From Azolla caroliniana (Eukaryota; Plantae; Polypodiophyta), in assembly GCA_043228905.1 (NCBI GenBank), contig JBHGNT010001105.1, forward strand, positions 1 to 12,040: 12,040 nt of DNA, written 5' to 3'. Of this stretch, positions 1 to 8,498 are shown piece after piece. The notes under the pieces are model-generated. The model was not told where the DNA came from, did not search any database, and was given only the letters and a program-made list of their open reading frames with translations. Position numbers and translations under genes: made by a program. Positions within the stretch are counted from its first letter, which is position 1; every line of letters begins with the position of its first letter.

Positions 1-820
1 GAATGACAAGCTCAACATTGGCGGGATTGGTTGAAGAAGCCGAGAGCTGGATCAGACGAAGGCCGATCGGCTGAAGAAGCCAGAAGCCGGATCAGTGGGG
101 TGCCGACAAGCCATTAGGGCCGATATTCTTATTCATAGTAATAGGAATATTTTTGGGAGTCATTGTTAGATGCTCAACTATGAGCACTCAAGTTGTGACA
201 AGTACTTGAGTCAGCCTATGTCAAAAGTGTTAGAGCTAGATCCTTATTTAAGCATGAGATAAGGAAATAATATATAGAAAAATAAGAAAGGAGAGAGAGA
301 GAAGGAAGGGTGTCAATCCACCCGACCACCCCCAAGCGAAGGAATCGAGACGGACTCGAGCCTCGATTGGCATCGCATACCACCGTCATGGCGTCGAGTC
401 GTACCTAGTACTAGTGTGCTCGCTACAAGAGTTGATCCACCACAAGGTCAGAATCTCGACGTAGTCAAGAGATCTCAAATGAGGGTAGCTAGGCCTCATA
501 TTTATAGCCAGACCTAAGGTCCTCAAGCAAGTTCGCACTTGGCCTTAATGGGTTGTCTCAATCCCAAGGATTAAAAGTAATCATTCCCTTCTTTACACTC
601 TCGTTTAACCCTCACACTTTATCCACGTGTATAGAATACTACGGTATAATCTTACCACGGGATATTATATGGTCACGCTCATAACAAAAGGCTTGGATAA
701 AAAGTGCTTTGTGAGCACAGTTGTCTGTCCAGAGTGTTATTTTTGCAATAGAAAGTTTTGTTGTCTGCTCACTCAGTCTCTCTCTCGCTCTCATTCTCAC
801 TTTGGGTATTCCTAATTTTC
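1..820 (+). repeat. Copia 5' LTR, interrupted by a solo LTR at 228-686 and truncated at its 3' end
   Basis: Colinear with 4128-~4420 once 228-686 is removed. Similarity stops after tattcctaattttc (~820); the terminal CA and PBS are missing. Confidence 0.8.
228..686 (-). mobile_element. Solo LTR (459 bp) inserted in the copia 5' LTR
   Basis: Ends TGTTAGAGC...GCTCATAACA (TG..CA, imperfect terminal inverted repeat). AAAG is duplicated at 224-227 and 687-690. The empty site tgtcaaaggcttg is present in the 3' LTR (~4311-4323). Minus orientation is inferred from ctataaata on the minus strand (499-507) with a CT-rich tract downstream. Confidence 0.85.
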
Positions 821-845
821 GTCTATGTATTCCTAATTGTTTTCT

Positions 846-1418
846 ATTGCAACTTCTTTGGACCAAAATGTCAAGCTTTGGCAAGGATCAAGAACGGCGT
901 GCGACGCGACATGGTTCTGACAGATTATCGAGAGCCTCATATATTTGACTATCACCCGGTCGAACTTGAGCTATCCGATTGGACAAATTAGTCAATTTAT
1001 GTCACACCCTTCCATCGAACACCTTCAATGTGTGCAAAGGATCTTGAGATATGTATTCGGCAATTACCGATCGACATCAAGGTATGCATTCTCCTTAGGG
1101 AGTGCGGCAATTGCCTAGTGCAACAAGAAGCAAGTGACAATAGCATTGTTGAGCACTGAGGTTGAGTATCGAGGAACAATTGTCACTACGTGCGAAGCCG
1201 GACAGCTTAAAAGGCTATCGAAGGATCAACGACAACCACAACAATATTCAACTAGCCAAGAACCCTGTCTTCCACGCCCAGACAAAGCATATTGAGTTAC
1301 ATTATCATTTTGTCTGTGAACGCATTCTCTTGGGTGAAGTGGAAGTTGTTTATGTTTTGACGGACAAGTTATGGCATTTTTCGAGTTTGCTCCACATGCG
1401 AGACATGAGGGGGAGAAG
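846..1418 (+). pseudogene. Copia pol fragment (RT C-terminus + RNase H), copy 1, with stops, frameshifts and deletions
   Basis: Translates to ...SLIYLTITRSNLSYPIGQISQFMSHP..EHLQCVQRILRYV (RT end), ..STEVEYR.. and IQLAKNPVFHAQTKHIELHYHFVCERILLGEVEVVYV, which are standard copia RNase H motifs. Confidence 0.9.
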
Positions 1419-1604
1419 CCGAATCAGATGTGAAATTCGATTTTGGGACAGCTAAAGAAGCTGAAATGCTCGGGACAATTGAAAAAGTTGAGGGCCGATG
1501 GGACGAGAAGAGAAGTGAAAGAAAAATAGGTAAGTGTAGATTAGCCGGCTATAACCAACTGGTTAAATACAATCCACAATTTAGAACAGAGTCACTTAGA
1601 CCGT

Positions 1605-2153
1605 TGTCGTGGGGAAAACCAGCTACAAGAAGAAACGAAGACCTAAGGCATGTGAGCCGCAGCGTGCACAGATGCACGCAAATTATAAACTATGCTTGTA
1701 AATAACCTAGGAATAGCCTAGGTTGGCGTGAAGTAGGAAACTTTAATAGGACGAATACGGGTGGGGGGGGGTCCAGAAAAGAGGGGAGAGAGGACTGAGT
1801 GGGGATCGCGCGTTTAGGGAGAACGAAGTGCTGTCAGACTGGGAACCGAGCACCCACTCTTTGCCTTCTCCTTCGTCTTGTTAGCACAGACGCCTCTGCT
1901 TGTGTAGGAAGCCGCGTGCTCCCGTCGGAGGTTCCATGTAGTATCTTGGTGTGTGGGTGTGTGCGTTGTTTGTCGAGCTCGTAGCTCAGCCCCGACTGAG
2001 GCGGTTGTAATGACTTGTTTCCCTAATTAATCATTGGTACCTATCTTGTTAATAATCGTGTGTCGTTCCTCTTATTTCTCTTGTTGTGCTCCTTGGTCCG
2101 AGGCCTCTGTGGTCCCGCCTTTGTATCACACGCACACGTGTAAATCCGCGACA
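1605..2153. mobile_element. Solo LTR (549 bp)
   Basis: Ends TGTCGTGG...CCGCGACA (7/8 inverted repeat). 4-bp TSD CCGT (1601-1604) / CCAT (2154-2157). The empty site cttacaccgtagatagagag is in the duplicate unit at ~3600-3619. Its first 12 nt (TGTCGTGGGGAA) are identical to the gypsy LTR end at 4568. Confidence 0.88.
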
Positions 2154-2262
2154 CCATAGAGAAAGAGTATAAGCAAACAAAGATTCTAATAGATGATTGG
2201 CTCAATACAACTGATAAAGTTTTTACAAGGCTCCATGTCCTTTTTTATAGGGAGCAAGGTTG

Positions 2263-3714
2263 GTGAGCACATTTTTCTGTACTGAGTGTTATTTTTTTCA
2301 ATAGAATGTTTTGTTGTCTACTCATTAAGTCTCTTTCCCGCTCTCATTCTCACTCTGTGTATTCCTAATTTTCTTCTGTGTATTCCTAATTGTCTTCTAT
2401 CGCAACTTCTTTGGACCAAAATGTCAAGCTTTGCCAAGGATCGGGAACGGTGTGTGACGCGAAATGGTTCAGACAGATTTTCGGAAGCCTCAAATATTTG
2501 ACTATCACCCAGCTAGACTTGAGCTATCCAGTTGGACAGATTAGTCAATTTATGTCACCGCCTTCCATCGAACACCTTCAGTGTGCACAAAGGATATTGA
2601 GATATGCGAGCGGCATGAAGGATAGGGCGATACTATCTCAGATCAGTGTAGTCGGACAATTGGTCAACTACCTGGATACCAACTAGGAAGGAAATTTCTA
2701 TGATCCTCGATTGGCATCGGGGTATCTGTTCTCCTTAGGGAGTGCTGTGATTTCCTAGTGCAGCAGGAAGTAGTTGACAATACTGTTTTCGAGCACTCAG
2801 GCCGAGAATCGATGAATAGTTGTCGCTACGTGCGAAGCTAGACGGCATAAGACGCTATTGAAGGATCAACAAAAACCTTAGCAATATTGAACTAGCCAAG
2901 AACCCTATCTTCCATGCCTAGACAAAGCATCTTGAGGTACATTATCATTTTGTTCGTGAACGCAATCTCTTGGGTGAAGTGGAACTTGTTTACATTTCGA
3001 TGGACAAGTTATGGCATTTTATGAGTATGATTGGCTTACAACACCTCGACATGCCGAACTTGTGGGGGAGAAGTGAAAGCAGTAGCGAGGACGAGAGAGA
3101 AAGAGTTGAAGTCCGAGAAGCCGAATCTGATATGGAATTTGATTTTGGGAAGGATAAAGAAGCTGAAATGTCTGAGAGGACTGAGAAAGCCAAGGGCGGA
3201 TGGGACAAGTGTAGATTAGCCAGTTGCAAGGGGAGTGACCGAAAGAGAGAGCCAAAGGTAGATCCAACTAAGACAACTGATTCGATTAACGAAGGAAACG
3301 AATCGGAAACTAATGATTGGGTCAAGAGGAAAGATTAAGACAAGCCGAACTATTGTTATACCCACAGTTTAACATGGGGCCGGATATTCACTCCTTTGGT
3401 ATCTAGATCAAGGTATTGTGGTCGAGGGATAGGAAACATTGATGGGTTGCACACGACAGTACAACGCTACACGTAGAGGTATATAGGGATACTTTCGCAC
3501 AGAACTATACCTGATCGGATTGTAGTATGTGCTTAACACAATATCTGAGCCGACTATATCCGACTAGTTAAATGCAATGCAAAATTTAGAACAGAGTCGC
3601 TTACACCGTAGATAGAGAGTATAAGCAAACAAAGATTCTATTAGATGATTGAGTCGATACCACCGATAAAGTTTTTACAAGGCTTAATGTTCCTTTTTAT
3701 AGGGAGCATTGTGG
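2263..3714 (+). repeat. Tandem duplication unit 2 (less deleted copy)
   Basis: Has the same LTR/RT fusion junction (tattcctaattgt..tctat.gcaacttctttggaccaaaatgtcaagc) and the same downstream block (gagtataagcaaacaaagattcta...tttttatagggagca) as unit 1. Confidence 0.8.
2399..3338 (+). pseudogene. Copia pol fragment (RT C-terminus + RNase H + charged C-terminal extension), copy 2
   Basis: ORF 2390-2686 contains GSLKYLTITQLDLSYPVGQISQFMSPPSIEHLQCAQRILRY. It is followed by SGYLFSLGSAVIS*CSRK*, IELAKNPIFHA*TKHLEVHYHFVRE and GEVELVYI, then an E/K/D/R-rich in-frame tail (ORF 2970-3338). Confidence 0.9.
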
Positions 3715-3878
3715 GTGACGTCAAGAATGTAAAACCACAACTACTTTGTCTAATTATTTTACATGCGTTATGTTTTCTCCTCCCATCTAAGCTAACTGTC
3801 CGGCCCCACCCGTACTGGTTTCGACCCGCGCTTGTCCCTATGGCCCTTTCACACCCTTGCCGTCCTGACCAACCAACA
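3354..3878 (-). mobile_element. Probable solo LTR-like insertion (~525 bp) in the copia 3' region
   Basis: Begins TGTTA and ends near ..CCAACA. It interrupts purine-rich copia sequence (caagccgaactat | gaaggccaagcagac). Minus-strand TATA-like ctataaaaa lies at 3694-3702. The TSD is unclear (ctat at 3350-3353 / ttat at 3882-3885), so the right boundary is uncertain by a few bp. Confidence 0.55.
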
Positions 3879-4114
3879 ATCTTATGAAGGCCAAGCAGAC
3901 AAGAGGGAAGCTAAAGCTGATGGGTTGGAGGGGCGCCAACTCCATAATGGCAACAAGGCCATTTAGGACCTTGGTAGTAGACAAACCAACCATGCCAATC
4001 AAGGAGAACGAGATCGGATGGGTCATGGTGTATGAGCAAGGAGGCGTGAAGCTAGGAGAAGCTAGAGCGAAAGATTAGCTGGAGTGAATGAACGACAGAC
4101 CTCAAGTTCAACTT

Positions 4115-4123
4115 GAGGGGGAG
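4115..4123 (+). other. Copia polypurine tract
   Basis: GAGGGGGAG immediately precedes TGTTGAG (LTR start), the usual copia ttgagggggagTGTT arrangement. Confidence 0.88.
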
Positions 4124-4487
4124 TGTTGAGTGACAAGCTCAACATGGGCTAGATTAGACGAAGGCCGATCGGTTAAGACGGATCGGGGGGGGAACCGGCA
4201 TGCCGTTAGGGTCGATATTCCTATTCATAGTAATAGGAATTTTTTTGGGAGTCAATGTCAAATGCTTAGTTATGAGCATTCAAGTGCTTGTCAGTACTTG
4301 AGTCAGCCTATGTCAAAGGCTTGTATAAAAGGTGCTCTATGAGCACAATTGCATGTACTAAGTTGTCTGCTCACTCAGTCTCTCTCTCACTCTCACTCTT
4401 ACTCTGTGTATTCCTAACTTTCTTCTCTTGTCTAGCCGAGCCGATTGTGTCTCGTGCACAAAGTTTCCACACACATTTCTTTTTACA
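4124..4487 (+). repeat. Copia 3' LTR (~364 bp)
   Basis: TGTTGAG...TTTTACA, with TATA-like gtataaaagg at ~4323-4332 followed by a CT-rich tract. The right end is inferred from the CA after the T-rich tract. Confidence 0.75.
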
Positions 4488-4567
4488 ATTCCCATTGGCT
4501 GCATGAGTGACTCGGTGCTTTTGAAGTCTGGAACTTTCAAAATTGATGTGTTATGCGAATCTTACGT

Positions 4568-4823
4568 TGTCGTGGGGAATTCCGACTATGAGCAGAAAGG
4601 GGGCCGAATGTGTGTGAACGGGGGTGTGCAAGGGTGCACACGAAATGTTGTTATGTACAAATATGTGTAGTGTTAGTTTAAGTGTTGAGGAATACTAGAG
4701 AGTTGTGATTGACAGGTACTTTATGGTCACACAAGTAGAGGAATAAAGGTGATTGAGGGGAGGAGATCCAGGAGAGAATCGGGGAGGACAGAAGCGGATG
4801 TCTTTAGTGATGATGTAACAACA
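4568..4823 (-). repeat. Gypsy 3' LTR (256 bp)
   Basis: On the minus strand TGTTGTTAC...CCCCACGACA (terminal inverted repeat TGTYGT), directly following the PPT. The partner LTR is not in the window, so the outer end is inferred. Confidence 0.72.
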
Positions 4824-4836
4824 TCCCCTTTATCCT
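4824..4836 (-). other. Gypsy polypurine tract
   Basis: Minus strand AGGATAAAGGGGA abuts TGTTG. Confidence 0.78.
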
Positions 4837-4920
4837 ATAGTAGTGGTATGTCTTTTCGAGGTGTCCGTTCTTTCTTTTCTTTTTTTAGGACGACCAAGGA
4901 CTACTATTCTCCCGTAGTAT

Positions 4921-5713
4921 CTAGCTTTGCCGAATCCGGTATTGGTTCCTAGTTTCCTCTACTGGCTTTGGTTCCGTCATCCAGTTGCTTGAACAGGTTT
5001 CGTGGCATCGGTTGTAGGGTTTTAACCGGAATCCATTAACCCACTTCTGGAGGACTTCACTGGCTAACATGCCAAGTTGATAGGACCCCTTAAATTCTCT
5101 CGTTATCCAATATGGTCCAGTCCACCGGAACCGTAGCTTTCCCGACATCGTACCCATCCGGGTCTGGAACACTAAATTTACTGCCTTGCCGATTTCGAAC
5201 TTTTTTTCATTTCCCCTTCTGTGTTGGTCCACAAATGCCTTCCATCTTCTTTGCTCCAGTTCCAATTGCAGTACACATAAAGTTGCCAGCCGGATCTTTT
5301 TTGATTCCTTCTCACTTAACCATTCCCAAACCTCTATCTGTAAGCTAGGAATTTGAAATTCCATCCGCATGACTGCTTCCCGAACGCTAACCAGAATGGT
5401 GACATCCGAATACTTGTCTTGTATACCGTCCAGTATGCCCATAACACGCTTTGTAGCTTTGTATCCCAGTTGGTCCAGTTTTTGTTCACGATTTTCTAGA
5501 GAATATTTTGGAGCATTTTATTGCTGGACTACGCTAATCCGTTGGCCTGCGGGTAATATGGCATATTTCGCTTATGCACCACCACGTAGAATGTCGTTAA
5601 TCTTTCCACAACCTGTCCGAGGAAATGTCCAACTCTATCACTAATAAGCTTGATCAGACAACCGTATCTGCACTAAATGTTTTCATATAAAAATTTAGTT
5701 GTGGATGTCGCGG
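4921..5713 (-). pseudogene. Gypsy integrase, core and C-terminal part
   Basis: TATSTTKFLYENI*CRYGC..LISD..GHF, PYYPQANG, WDTKLQSVLWAY, and GKLRFRWTGPYWI...VNGFRLKPY (GPY/F module). Confidence 0.92.
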
Positions 5714-5772
5714 TGTCGTAGTGTAATTCACACACTATGAGAAAATTGCATTTTTGTCCCTCAGGATGGGAC

Positions 5773-6005
5773 AAGGAGGAACTGATAAAGAAGAGCCGGT
5801 GAGAACCGGATGAAGGAGGAAGTGGTAAAGAAGAACTGGTGAGAACCGGATGAAGGAGGAAGTGGTAAAGAAGAACCGGTGAGAACCGGATGAAGGAGGA
5901 ACCGGTAAGGACCGGACCCAGTAAGGAGACCCAGTGAGAACCGGATGAAGGAGACCTAGTGAGAACTGGATGAAGAAGGCCAGTGAGAGTCTCTCACCAG
6001 ATGAA
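5773..6005 (+). repeat. U3 minisatellite: three 40-bp units followed by 24-25-bp units with a GAGAACCGGATGAAG core
   Basis: gagaaccggatgaaggagga recurs at 5801, 5841 and 5881; agtgaga recurs at 5933, 5958 and 5982. Confidence 0.9.
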
Positions 6006-6050
6006 GAGACATATTTGTAAATAGAAGAAAGTATAAAAATACATATTACA

Positions 6051-6115
6051 TGCATAGGGCAAGATTCAAACCTTGCACCTCCATGTTTATAATGTAAAGC
6101 CTTAGCATTACACTA
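6051..6115 (-). other. Degenerate tRNA-like Pol III A-box/B-box cassette in the 5' LTR
   Basis: Minus strand TAGTGTAATGC (A-box-like, 6105-6115) and GGTTTGAATCT (B-box-like, 6062-6072) within a GCAAG/CTTGC stem, at tRNA-like spacing. Confidence 0.4.
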
Positions 6116-6333
6116 ATATATCATTAGTATTAAAAAAAAGTAAATGTCCCACATAAAAAGGTAAGTTCACGCTAGGATAAAATTTAGTTAGAAGAAAATG
6201 CATGATAAAAGAAAAAGCTACGCATGCACATGTAACGTGCATGAAAACCATAATTGATAAAAACGCATCAAATTAGAAAAAGTATAGAGTGTATCTATAG
6301 AAAAAGCATGGATTGTTAAAGACTCTCTCATCA

Positions 6334-6342
6334 CTATATAAG
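6334..6342 (+). promoter_or_regulatory. Putative LTR TATA box (also at 9034-9042)
   Basis: CTATATAAG flanked by the short inverted repeat ctcatc/gatgag; conserved in both LTRs. Confidence 0.6.
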
Positions 6343-6639
6343 GATGAGGAGCACAATGTAATAGTGTGTGAAATACTTTGAAATTGGATATATTTCCGAA
6401 AACACCAATTAATATAATATATTCGTGGGATTCACGAATTTGTGATCAAAATTGTCTCTTACTATCTAAATATTGATTAAATACACTAAACTCGTGGGAT
6501 TCACGAGATTCATAACTTACCTATCTTTCTACCTATTCATTACTAGCCTTCTCTCATATTCTTCTTTCTCTTAGTCCAAAACCTCAGCGGTTCTCACCCG
6601 ACTCATGCAACGATCCGGCGCCGAAAAGCACGACACAAG

Positions 6640-6657
6640 TGGTGAACCCGACGTGAA
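6640..6657 (+). other. Primer binding site complementary to tRNA-Trp
   Basis: TGGTGAACCCGACGTGAA lies 4 nt after the LTR end. It is the reverse complement of the plant cytosolic tRNA-Trp 3' end (..TTCACGTCGGGTTCACCA, recalled from memory). Confidence 0.85.
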
Positions 6658-6673
6658 GATAGGTGGCAAGGAG

Positions 6674-8310
6674 ATGGAGAATCAACAAGAGGTGATGAGC
6701 ATAATGATGATGATGATTGAGCGGATGCAACAAGAACAATGCTTGATGTCAGAGATCAAATCGGAAGTAGAGCATCTTGTCCAAAGAAACGGGCAATTCA
6801 ACGGAAAGGATGCGTCACGTTATCTATGTGACTACAAGGGGGCGATGATGTGACATGGGATACCGGAAGGATTGCAAGTGATATCCTTCAGTCGGGTGGC
6901 CACGGATGAGCTACAAGAGAGAATCCACAAGATATGGCAACAAAACCCAACATGGGGGTCCTTTGAAGAAGCTTTACGAGAGGCATATGATTACGAGAGA
7001 CCGAAGGGACAAGATCGGCGATAGTTCGATGAATGGGTGACATCGGAGAATACCCACCGAAGTGCAACACAAGCATTCCTAGAGTTCGAGCATCGTTTTT
7101 CTCGACTCTCGGAGCGGGAACAAAGATTGTTGGGGGAGGATAAAGTCCTAATGTTTGTAAGATTGAGCGATAAAAAAAAAGGATGGACATCGGGATCCAA
7201 CTCGAAGATGATGACGGTGTAAATGGCCTTACCGAGGATTGGGCTGAAGTCGAAAGAGTATGCCGAGGACACGATAAGAGGAAGATGAGAATATCGTCGG
7301 CAACAACATGGCCTATAAGGGATGATCGATTAAGGATGAACGATGTGGCTGATACAAAGGCCAAAATACAATATGATGGTATCACGGGAGAGAGTGTGGA
7401 ACAAGTCACCCTCTCGTCTTGCGAAAGAACGGCGGCCAAGGATAAGGTCGATGACTTGAGAGTGGCGAACACCACTTCAAGAACGGAAGAAGATTTCGGA
7501 ATACAAGTATCCGAAACATCGGGTGAAAAAGGGGTAAGCATAAACGATGCTTGCATGATCGAGGGAGATAAAGAGTGCGAGGCGGACTTGATTGAGGAGG
7601 TCTCCACGAAAGATGACATCGAATCGGAGGTGGCTATGGACGAAGCGGATGGCCATATGTAGACTTTCCCACCGCTAGTTCTAGAGACTTCGGCAGTTGC
7701 ATTCGAAAGACAACGTGAGATCGAAGAGATGGAAGGTGGCGGAGAGAAAACAAAGCTCGAATACGATGCATACGACGGAGAGATAGCCAAGAAGGTGGCT
7801 ATGGGTGAAAGAACGGAGAACGATAATACCGAGGATTCCTGCCCACTAATTCTAGAGACTTCGGCGGTTGTGTTCGAGTACCCACATGAGATCGGAGAGA
7901 CGGGAGGTGGCGGCAAGAAAGGTAAAGTCGGAAGCCGGTTCGGATGGAAGATGATCCGGACGAAATTCCGATCTAAACAAAAACCGACCCGGAAGGGGGC
8001 CGACTCGGTCAAAACCGATCAATTGAGTCTGTTTCGGCCGAATACGAATCCGATCGGAAGCCGATCCAACCGAAAGTCGATCGGACAAGAACGAATCTTA
8101 AAGAAGCTAATATGACTCAACCAAAAGTCGATCGGACGAGACCGATCCGGAAAAAAATCAAGGTTGATGAAGACAAGAAAGAGGCCAAGAAAAGACACTA
8201 CCACGGATGACAAGGGCCAAGTGGATTTGAAAGGTATTATTAACGATGACATCTCAACAAAGAAGAAAGGCTCTAACGGGAAGAACATAAACACTAACGC
8301 GAGATTCTAA
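6674..8310 (+). pseudogene. Gag-like ORF with long acidic then basic tail; 4 internal stops and 1 frameshift
   Basis: ATG lies 17 nt after the PBS. FNGKDASRYL..Y, TWGSFEEALREAY, AFLEFEHRFSRLSERE..LL and GLTEDWAEVERVC resemble gypsy-type capsid helices (judged by eye). Stops at 6851, 7022, 7660 and 8113; frame change at the A9 run 7172-7180. Confidence 0.7.
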
Positions 8311-8486
8311 GACGAGAGAGAACAAAGAATATGGTGGATCAGATGGTGACAATGGTTCGGGTGGAAAGAATGGATATGCTCAAAATGGAGAGACAAAGAT
8401 GACATAGCGGGACAAATTGAGGATATTACGGATGGAGAATAATGAGCACCGACAATTTTGGCACATACCGGAGGATGTGCGGGTTC

Positions 8487-8498
8487 GGAGGGGGCGAG
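8487..8498 (+). other. Polypurine tract of nested element
   Basis: GGAGGGGGCGAG immediately before the 3' LTR start TGTGGTAG. Confidence 0.85.

Larger units (their letters stand above)
711..2262 (+). repeat. Tandem duplication unit 1 (LTR part + RT/RH fragment + part of the LTR-like insert)
   Basis: Colinear with 2263-3714 after removing the solo LTR 1605-2153 and allowing several deletions. GTGA microhomology at the junctions (711-714, 2263-2266, 3715-3718). Confidence 0.8.
1..4487 (+). mobile_element. Internally deleted, degenerate Ty1/copia LTR retrotransposon (window starts about 4 bp inside the 5' LTR)
   Basis: 1-227 plus 687-~820 align with the LTR at 4124-4487 (e.g. gacaagctcaaca, attcatagtaataggaat, gtacttgagtcagcctatgtcaaa, gttgtctgctcactcagtctctctc). 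Copia RT-end and RNase H motifs lie between them. PPT gagggggag precedes TGTTG at 4124. Confidence 0.85.
5714..6635 (+). repeat. 5' LTR of nested element (922 bp)
   Basis: TGTCGTAGTGTAATTC...GCACGACA. About 95% identical to 8499-9335 outside the minisatellite (~31 substitutions in ~635 bp, counted by eye). Confidence 0.95.

Noticed and set aside
1758-1805. G-rich run (gggtgggggggggtcc...gaggggagagagg...gggg), a possible G-quadruplex or PPT
   Set aside because: It is internal to a solo LTR, not adjacent to an LTR start, and such runs are common in LTRs; no further support.
4488-4567. 80-bp segment between the copia and gypsy LTR ends
   Set aside because: Too short to assign; probably older flanking DNA into which both elements inserted.
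5773-5900. Regularly spaced 40-bp repeats that superficially resemble a CRISPR array
   Set aside because: Units are contiguous with no unique spacers, lie inside an LTR, and there are no cas genes; this is a minisatellite.
5735-6055. Minus-strand ORFs in both LTRs (also 8380-8741)
   Set aside because: They are translations of the minisatellite complement, and their frames are not conserved between the two LTRs.
6051-6122. Functional tRNA gene
   Set aside because: The acceptor and anticodon stems do not form properly; kept only as a degenerate tRNA-like cassette.
7172-7180. A9 run at the -1 frame change in gag, a possible programmed frameshift
   Set aside because: It falls within the capsid-like region of an ORF that already has several stops, no pol follows, and I see no clear downstream structure; homopolymer slippage is the simpler explanation.
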